NCBI GenBank assembly: GCA_030584185.1
Contig: CP129495.1
Coordinates: forward strand, 1,789,469-1,853,468
DNA: 64,000 bases
Direction: 5' to 3'
From: Acidimicrobiia bacterium
GTDB lineage: Bacteria > Actinomycetota > Acidimicrobiia > Spongiisociales > UBA11373
Positions 57,460-64,000 of this stretch are shown piece by piece (within the stretch, counting starts at the first letter, position 1; each line of letters begins with the position of its first letter). The notes under the pieces are model-generated. The model saw only the letters and a list, made by a program, of their open reading frames with translations, did not search any database and was not told the origin of the DNA. The translations under genes and the position numbers were made by a program.

Positions 57460-57861
57460 ATGCAGATAGGTGAAGTCGCCCAAAAGATCGGTATGGCCAC
57501 TTCGGCGATCCGCTTCTACGAAGAGAAAGGTCTCATCCCTGAACCGGATCGCACCGATTCCGGCTATCGGGACTATGACCCGGCAGTAGTGGACCGGATC
57601 CGCTTCATCCGAGCCGGTCAGACAGTCGGTCTCACTCTCCGCGAACTGAACCAGGTTCTGCAGATCCGAGACCGAGGCGAGTCGCCTTGTCGACATGTCG
57701 CAGACTTGTTGGACACCAGAATTCACGACGTTGACCAGCGGATCGAAGAGCTTCGACGTCTGCGGCGCGACTTGACCGCCATGCGACGAAGCGCCAGCCG
57801 CCTCGACCCGGCCGACTGTCCACCCGAGGGCGTTTGTCGGATCGTCACTGAGACCGGGTGA
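57460..57861 (+). CDS. merR: MerR-family transcriptional regulator
   Basis: 'MQIGEVAQKIGMATSAIRFYEEKGLIPEPDRTDSGYRDY'; C-terminal Cys residues. Confidence 0.8.
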   Translation: MQIGEVAQKIGMATSAIRFYEEKGLIPEPDRTDSGYRDYDPAVVDRIRFIRAGQTVGLTLRELNQVLQIRDRGESPCRHVADLLDTRIHDVDQRIEELRRLRRDLTAMRRSASRLDPADCPPEGVCRIVTETG

Positions 57862-58082
57862 TCGGGACGCGCCGAGAACGAGAAGGATGCACCCGTGATC
57901 CCGTTCGCCGGCGGGCGAAGGCGGCATAGTGATGACAACGAGATTCTCGGTATCACCGGAACCCTGTTCGACGGCCTCTACGCCTGGCTGCACCGACGGC
58001 ACGGGTGACAGACACGCTTGATTGACAAATGCGAGCCGGTGGCAACTTCTCTGCGCCATTGGCCGTAGTTACCGTCCGTCTC

Positions 58083-59100
58083 ATGAGCGACGGCGCGCAA
58101 CCCGACCATGGTGGAGAACGTAGGTCGCATGGTCTGTGGCATCGACTCGTCCATCTGTTGAGCCACGACCATGACCACGGTTCGGCGCACAAGGTGTTGG
58201 ATGCGGGAGCCGAAGGCATCCGCGCCACCAAGATCTCGCTGGTTGGTCTCGGACTTACGGCTCTCTTGCAGGCGCTCGTTGTTGTTCTCAGCGGCTCGGT
58301 TGCCCTGGCTTCCGACACCCTCCACAATCTCGGCGACGCCCTAACCGCAATCCCCCTCTGGATCGCCTTCTCCCTGGGCAGACGCAGCCCCACCCGCAGC
58401 TACACCTACGGCTACCACCGCGCCGAAGATGTCGCCGGAGTCGTCATCGTCCTCGCCATCGGCGCCTCCGCCGCGCTCATCATCTGGGAATCGGTGCAGC
58501 GTCTCCTCGAGCCGCGACTCATCGATTACATCCCCTGGGTGATCGCAGCCGGTCTCATCGGCGCCGCCGGAAACGAGCTTGTAGCCCGATACAGGATCCG
58601 AGTGGGCAGACGGATCGGATCAGAGGCGCTGGTCGCCGACGGTCAGCACGCCCGCACCGACGCCCTCACCTCGCTCACCGTCGTGGTCGCCGGAATCGGC
58701 GCCGCCTTCGGAGCAGCCTGGGTGGACCCTGTTGCCGGGCTCGTTGTCGCCCTGGTGATCCTGCGGCTGTTGTTCCGATCGGCACGGTCGATCACGCGGC
58801 GTCTCCTCGATGCTGTCGACCCGGAGCTGGTCGACGGGACCGAGAAGATCATCGCCGGGGTGGATGGGGTGCTAGCCGTTACCGATCTGAGGCTTCGTTG
58901 GCACGGACACCAGCTTCACGTTTCCGCGTGTGTGGCCGTCGATGCCGACCTCACCGTGGCCGCCTGGCCACGAAACCGCTCACGAAGTCGAACACGCACT
59001 CCACCACGCCTACAGCTTCCCGGTAATCACAATGATCCACATCGACCCAGAGGGCCAGACGAGCGCCCACGACGCCACCGCCCACCACCGGCATTGAGTA
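58083..59100 (+). pseudogene. cation diffusion facilitator with frameshift near 58960
   Basis: CDF motifs up to 'VAVDADLTVA'; the conserved C-terminus 'GHETAHEVEHALHHAY...HIDPEG' continues in the +1 frame to TGA at 59098-59100. Confidence 0.6.
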
Positions 59101-59282
59101 GGTTCCATCGCACATCCATCGCACAAGAGAGTGCGATGGGACCGTCAAGAACGCGAAATGACGCGAAGCGAAAATGCCGTCTGAACAGGCGTTTCGCGGA
59201 TTTGCCCTGGTCAGTGGACACCCCGGACTCGGGCTCATAACCCGAAGGTCGCGGGTTCAAATCCCGCCCCCGCTACTACCGA
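59101..59282. repeat. ~130-nt island-boundary repeat (copy 3) plus 46-nt tRNA-Met 3' fragment (59231-59276)
   Basis: 59231-59276 is identical to tRNA positions 26990-27035; upstream part about 80% identical to 30781-30910. Confidence 0.8.
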
Positions 59283-59332
59283 AGGTCCTGGTCAGAGCGA
59301 TTTCTGGCCAGGGCCTTGTCGCGCTGACGGCC

Positions 59333-59355
59333 ATTCTTCTAACGGATCTTCTAAC
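59333..59355. repeat. 23-nt direct repeat CTTCTAACGGATCTTCTAACGGA (left copy)
   Basis: identical copy at 61318-61340. Confidence 0.75.
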
Positions 59356-59414
59356 GGACGCGTCCGAAGGAGTCCGTCCTGGAGATGCGACCGGGATCGT
59401 CCCCTGCTGCGAGA

Positions 59415-59669
59415 TCACAACGGACGACCCAACCGAGTCGGCGCGCAGGATCGCCCGTCGATATGGCCAGGCGGAGATGCCCCTTGACGACGACGCGCCA
59501 AAGGAGCTGCCTCAAGACGCATCCTGTCCGGGTCGCTATATATCACCTTCGCGCCGGCGACTGGGGCTCGTTGGTCGATCGCCATCCCGAGGGCACTGGT
59601 CACCAGCGTGGCAGTGGCCGATGAGTCGATCGACCATCCGACGACGCGGCGGCTGAACGTGTCCAACAC
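59415..59669 (-). pseudogene. IS3-family transposase (OrfB) remnant
   Basis: 'LDTFSRRVVGWSIDSSATATLVTSALGMAIDQR' aligns with '[33 protein letters not shown]' of the intact OrfB. Confidence 0.55.
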
Positions 59670-59718
59670 GACGGCGCAGTAGACCTTGCCTTCGCGCGTG
59701 CGCCGCTCGTCATTCGGA

Positions 59719-60576
59719 CTACCTCGGTTCGCTCCGGGCGCTGGCCCAGAACGCTCGGAGGATGATCATCGCCTGGTCGACGGTGGCTTCGGCAAGCCCG
59801 AGTTCGTCGGCGAAGGCGGGATAGTCCTCGGTCCAGAAGAGGGGCGGATCGGGCAGCTCGTCCGGAACCGGGTGGGTGGCCCGTACCGAGAAGACGTGTT
59901 GGGTCGCACTCATGGCTCTTCCTGCGTCGAGGCCTCCATGGATGAAGGCGACCATGTCGGCCAGGTCTTTGACCCTGGTGTTGTCTCGAGCGTCCCATGG
60001 TCGAGTCATGGCGTGGACCTTCTCGGCGAACTGCTGGGCGACGTCGGTCGCTTCGACTTCGAAGTCCTCGAACCCGGCGAAGGACAGGAGAGAGGTCAGC
60101 GGCAGCATCTCGGTGCTGGTCAGCTCATCGGTCCTGGCGACCACGTCGACCCGAACCGTGGCGAAGTTCCTGCCCGCCAGGTCGGCGGAGACACTGAAGC
60201 GCCACCCTGGCCGACCTGCCTGGTCTGTCTCGAGAGCGGTCGGTTCCGACACGTCGAACAGGAAGCCGTCACCTGCCGGATCGATCGAAACGGCAGCGGT
60301 AAGGCGCTCATGGGCTTCGATCGCACCTTCCGCGTCGGTGCGAAGGTTGAGGTCGAGGTCCTTGGTCATCCGGGCCGAGTCACCGATGCGAAGCTCGACG
60401 GCCATGCCGCCCTTGACCACCCACATCCCCGGCTGACTGGTGATCAGGCGGAGCAGGATTCGTTCGAACACCACCCGACGGCGGAGCCGATTGAGGTCCG
60501 TGCCCGTCTCGCGGGCCTGGTTGAGCAGTCGTTGCTCCAGGGCCTGGCGGAAGGCGCCGACGGACTCATAGGTCAC
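59719..60576 (-). CDS. abiEii: AbiEii/AbiGii-family nucleotidyltransferase toxin (type IV TA)
   Basis: 285-aa protein with conserved N-terminal motifs of the family; overlaps the AbiEi-like gene. Confidence 0.7.
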   Translation of the reverse strand: MTYESVGAFRQALEQRLLNQARETGTDLNRLRRRVVFERILLRLITSQPGMWVVKGGMAVELRIGDSARMTKDLDLNLRTDAEGAIEAHERLTAAVSIDPAGDGFLFDVSEPTALETDQAGRPGWRFSVSADLAGRNFATVRVDVVARTDELTSTEMLPLTSLLSFAGFEDFEVEATDVAQQFAEKVHAMTRPWDARDNTRVKDLADMVAFIHGGLDAGRAMSATQHVFSVRATHPVPDELPDPPLFWTEDYPAFADELGLAEATVDQAMIILRAFWASARSEPR

Positions 60577-61172
60577 AGCACACCTGCTTGGCGGAGAGCT
60601 CGTTCCATTCGCAGGGCCTCGCGGTGTCCTCGGTGTTCGGCCTCCCGTCGTAGTTGCTGCGGGGCAGTGTGAGGAGCAAGGTTGGAGACGTTCTTCACCA
60701 CCTCGGTGAGTTGTTCCAAGCTGAGATCGCTCGCTGCGGAATCGATGGCGGTTCGGAATGGGGTTGTGATCCGATACCCCTCACGATCCCACACGTCGCC
60801 GTCGGCCAGCTCCCCGTGGTGGAGGACGACCCCCTTTGCTCTGGCGCGGAAGCCCGGCGGAACCGTGAGGTGCACCCGGCTGGGGTTCACGTCGGCGAGG
60901 TCGTGGATCGAGATGGCGGTGTCGTGGGAGACCACCCCGAGACCTCGGCTCCAGAGCGTCCACCTGACGAGGTCGTCGTGATCACCGACCGGCCACTCGG
61001 GGAGCCGGTAGATGCCGCGGGCGACACGCTGCCAGTTGCCTCTTTGCGTGTGATAGCTCTGGGCGGGGTAGGAGTAACCGAGGTCGAGCGCCTGGCCGGC
61101 GGAGAAGTAGCCGCTCTGGATGGCGGCCAGACGACGAAGCTTGTGCTGGACATCACGGCGATCGGTCGACAT
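60573..61172 (-). CDS. abiEi: AbiEi-family antitoxin/transcriptional regulator
   Basis: 199-aa protein, N-terminal winged-helix 'LRRLAAIQSGYFSAGQALDLGYS'; ATGA overlap with the toxin. Confidence 0.65.
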   Translation of the reverse strand: MSTDRRDVQHKLRRLAAIQSGYFSAGQALDLGYSYPAQSYHTQRGNWQRVARGIYRLPEWPVGDHDDLVRWTLWSRGLGVVSHDTAISIHDLADVNPSRVHLTVPPGFRARAKGVVLHHGELADGDVWDREGYRITTPFRTAIDSAASDLSLEQLTEVVKNVSNLAPHTAPQQLRREAEHRGHREALRMERALRQAGVL

Positions 61173-61317
61173 CCCGGGTCACCTTCGTTGAAGTTTGGTG
61201 CGTCATTATTGCACAAACCTTCAACTCTTTTGAAGGATTCTGCGGTTCAGACCGCCTGCCGGGTGGCGACCTCAGGCGCCACCAGGCATAGTGCCGAGAA
61301 ACCGATCGATCCCGGAC

Positions 61318-61340
61318 TTCTAACGGATCTTCTAACGGAT
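61318..61340. repeat. 23-nt direct repeat CTTCTAACGGATCTTCTAACGGA (right copy)
   Basis: identical to 59333-59355. Confidence 0.75.
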
Positions 61341-61445
61341 GGGACGTCACGAGGGGTTACCCACAGGCATCAGCCATCACGCCGATTCCGCGAAAGCCCA
61401 GGTAGTGAGCACCATTGAGCATCAGCGAGAACCAACCAGAACCCC

Positions 61446-61488
61446 CGGCGAGGAACTCATAACCCGAAGGTCGCGGGTTCAAATCCCG
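61446..61488. repeat. 43-nt tRNA-Met 3' fragment (attR-like core, copy 4)
   Basis: identical to tRNA 26993-27035. Confidence 0.8.
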
Positions 61489-61490
61489 CC

Positions 61491-61530
61491 CCCGCTACGG
61501 AGCAAGGACCCAGGCCGTGCCTGGGTCCTT
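61491..61530 (+). terminator. hairpin GGAGCAAGGACCCAGG-CCGTG-CCTGGGTCCTTGCTCC
   Basis: perfect 16-bp stem immediately after the tRNA fragment. Confidence 0.55.
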
Positions 61531-61819
61531 GCTCCGTCGACACCGGTCAGTCAATCTCACCGGCTCCGCCGAACCGGCAAGACCTCCCCCTATCCGGTGC
61601 CGGTTGACCAGTCTCCTCACCTCGCGTCAGGACTTCCTTGGCCGTTGCCCCCACGTCCACGCTCGCGGCGGGTGTCGGCGCCCCCGCCCAGACCGGCGGC
61701 GTCGCGGCACATGATCGAACCGAGCAGCAGCTTGGCCGCGTAGCATGCGCCACGACCTGGAACGCCTCCAACCGTGGCGGCTGGGGCGAGCCTGGATCGG
61801 CGCCGACCAGGAGGGCACC

Positions 61820-62284
61820 TCATCGGCGCGGTCGTCGTGCGCTCCCCGTCATCGTGTCGTAGAGGTACTCGAAGCTCTCGTAGAGCCGAGGGTCGTCTGA
61901 ACGGGCACGCGCCTCCGCCACGACGGGGGCAACCTTCTCCCAGAGCTGGCGCGCCGAGTTCCCCAGGAGCATCTCGACCAGATCCCGCTCGATCAGACCT
62001 CGTCGCAGGAGGATGCCGACCTGATCGTAGAAGGTGAAGAGATAGGTCCCGATGTGTCTCTGACCCCCTAGGACCTTCATGAGGGAGTCGTAGCCGTCGA
62101 AATCGGCCCAGTAGACCCGGTGGAACGCCTCCTGGAATTCGAGTGAGTCGAACGTCGCGTACAGTCGCATGACCAGGTCGGCCCGGCGCACCCTGGTCTG
62201 GTTCCAGATCTGGAAGCTGTAGAAGATGCTCGCCGCGATGACGCTCGCCGCGGCGATGATCACCGAGACGGTCGCCACGCTCAC
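61820..62284 (-). CDS. hypothetical N-terminally membrane-anchored protein
   Basis: GTG start around 62284 ('VSVATVSVIIAAASVIAASIFY'); the longer track ORF has an Arg-rich, implausible N-terminus. Confidence 0.35.
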   Translation of the reverse strand: MSVATVSVIIAAASVIAASIFYSFQIWNQTRVRRADLVMRLYATFDSLEFQEAFHRVYWADFDGYDSLMKVLGGQRHIGTYLFTFYDQVGILLRRGLIERDLVEMLLGNSARQLWEKVAPVVAEARARSDDPRLYESFEYLYDTMTGSARRPRR

Positions 62285-62529
62285 TCGAGCGGCTCCGGCG
62301 GTCGGCTGGCACGGGTACCGTCGCTCATGCCGCGCGACTCTAGATCGACGACCACGCCCTGGCCTGCCAGGACACTCCCGTCGACCCTCACCCTCCAGGG
62401 TCTTGTCGCTCTCGACCAACACCGACCCCGGGCGCCGGCGCGGGCCCGCCCGATGGCGGCGAACCAAACGATCCTTCTGCTCAGGCCTGCTCCTCTAGCC
62501 TTGCACCGGGTCGCAATCGGGGGTGGCCG

Positions 62530-64000
62530 GTGATCGTGGACGGGAGGGGTGTTGCTCCGGGGACGGTGATCGCAACCGGAGTCTGCATCGTGGGCGGTGG
62601 GGCGGCGGGGATCGCCATCGCCATGCACCTGGCGGGGCGCGGACACCAGGTGACCATTCTCGAAAGCGGGGGCCTCGACTTCGACGCCCGCACCAACGCC
62701 CTCAACCAGGGGGAACTGGCCGGCGAGGACATGACCTTCCTCGGCACCCCGCGCCCCCTGGATGCCACCAGGCAGCGGTTCCTCGGTGGCTCCACCAACT
62801 GCTGGTTTGGATGGTGCCGTCCCCTCGATCCGTGGGACTTCGTGGAGCGCCCCTGGGTGGCCCACAGCGGATGGCCGATACCCCGCAGCGAGATCGAGCC
62901 CTGGTTCCCCGATGCCGCCGCCCTGGTGCAGATCGGCCCTCCCGACTTCGGCGCCCAGTCGTGGGAGGCGCTCGGTGGAGGTCCGGTGATCGTCGACACC
63001 CCACTGATGACCACCACGATGTTCCAGTTCAGCGCTCCCACGCGGTTCGGTTCCGTCTACCGCGACGCCCTGGAGTCGAACCCCGGGATCGAGGTCTACC
63101 TGTGGTCGAACGCCGTCAACCTAGATGCCGCCCCGGCGGGCGAGCGTGTCACCGGGGTCGACGTCGCCACGCTCGACGGGGGCCGATTCCGGGTCGAGGC
63201 CGACACGGTGATCCTCGCCACGGGCGGGGTGGAGGTGCCGCGCTTGTTGCTCGCCTCCAACAACGTCGCCACGGCAGGCCTGGGAAACCAGAACGGGCTC
63301 GTGGGGCGGTTCTTCATGGAGCACCCGTACATGGTGGCGGGATACGCCCTCTTCGACCGTCCCGCCGATGCGTTGCGGCTCTATGCCATCAGCCCCTACG
63401 GCCTACCGGGTTCGGATCGAGAGGTGGCAGCCGTCGGATCGATCGTTCCCACCCTGGAGGGCCAGGCCCAGGTCGGCAGCCTCAACGTGGGGGCCATGCT
63501 CTACGAGGTCGATCCCGACACACCGGTCGACCGGGATGGTGACCTGGTGAGCCCGGCGCAGATGCGTGCCATGCTCGGCGCCCTCGAGGGTGCCGGCGAC
63601 TTCACCCTGGTCGCCATCCACCTTGCCGCCGAGCAGGTGCCCAACCCCGAGTCACGGGTGATGCTGCTGTCGGACACCGACGAGCTGGGGATGCCCCGCG
63701 TCGCCGTGGATTGGCGCCACTCGGCCCTGGACCGCGACAGCCTGGCGTCGTGCCTGGGGCTGCTCGGCGGGGAGCTCGGCCGCCTCGGCCTGGGGAGGGT
63801 CCTCGTCGAGCCCGAGGGTGTGGGGCCGTGGGGGCGAGACTTCAGCGTCTCCAGCCATCACATGGGAACGGCGCGGATGTCCGCCGATCCTTCGTCGGGA
63901 GTGGTCGATGCCAACTGCCGGGTGCACGGCGTGGAGAACCTCTATGTGGCCGGGAGCGCCGTGTTTCCGACGGTGGGGAGCGCCAACCCCACATTCACGA
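62530..64000 (+). CDS. GMC-family FAD-dependent oxidoreductase, 3' partial
   Basis: open frame to the window end, not in the ORF track; 'CIVGGGAAGIAIAMHL' FAD fold, 'GGSTNCW' GMC signature; the track ORF 62523..63542 is the wrong frame. Confidence 0.7.
   Translation, partial: MIVDGRGVAPGTVIATGVCIVGGGAAGIAIAMHLAGRGHQVTILESGGLDFDARTNALNQGELAGEDMTFLGTPRPLDATRQRFLGGSTNCWFGWCRPLDPWDFVERPWVAHSGWPIPRSEIEPWFPDAAALVQIGPPDFGAQSWEALGGGPVIVDTPLMTTTMFQFSAPTRFGSVYRDALESNPGIEVYLWSNAVNLDAAPAGERVTGVDVATLDGGRFRVEADTVILATGGVEVPRLLLASNNVATAGLGNQNGLVGRFFMEHPYMVAGYALFDRPADALRLYAISPYGLPGSDREVAAVGSIVPTLEGQAQVGSLNVGAMLYEVDPDTPVDRDGDLVSPAQMRAMLGALEGAGDFTLVAIHLAAEQVPNPESRVMLLSDTDELGMPRVAVDWRHSALDRDSLASCLGLLGGELGRLGLGRVLVEPEGVGPWGRDFSVSSHHMGTARMSADPSSGVVDANCRVHGVENLYVAGSAVFPTVGSANPTFT

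Noticed and set aside
57953-58393. 146-aa minus-strand ORF
   Set aside because: Antisense to the CDF gene and Arg-rich. Likely spurious.
62523-63542. 339-aa plus-strand ORF from the track
   Set aside because: It is the wrong frame. The frame opening at GTG 62530 encodes a clean GMC oxidoreductase and runs to the window end.

Overview
This is a high-GC (about 70%) actinobacterial-type chromosomal window. The first ~27 kb is ordinary core genome. It holds two convergent, translationally coupled acyl-CoA/lipid-catabolism operons, including an Ltp-like thiolase pair with two DUF35 proteins, two crotonases, a BKACE enzyme and a CoA-transferase. It also holds bioY, a PDZ-Lon (S16) protease next to a UPF0182 membrane protein, a DivIVA-domain protein, a potABCD-like ABC importer and an initiator-type tRNA-Met at 26961-27037. 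The remaining ~34 kb looks like a tandem array of integrated elements anchored at that tRNA. The 3' 43-46 nt of the tRNA recurs at ~59231 and ~61446, with a degenerate copy at ~30903. A ~130-nt hairpin-containing motif recurs at 27105, 30781 and 59101. The islands carry: (i) a lower-GC candidate graspetide-like locus (ATP-grasp maturase, small upstream ORF, membrane protein); (ii) two identical inverted IS3-family copies, one fused onto the 3' end of a tyrosine integrase; (iii) a Zn/Co/Cd-type module (YnfA, ArsR, P1B ATPase, ArsR-CDF); (iv) a large copper module (two CopA-type ATPases, cupredoxins, c-type cytochromes, a CsoR-Grx-CcdA-redoxin operon, a CopRS-like two-component system, a Met-rich protein, SHOCT peptides) controlled by four copies of a MerR/CueR-type promoter; (v) MerB with its own MerR and a frameshifted CDF; (vi) a 2.2-kb islet carrying an AbiEi/AbiEii type IV toxin-antitoxin pair. 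The window ends in a partial GMC oxidoreductase. No rRNA or CRISPR array is present. All similarity calls come from recalled motifs, not searches.
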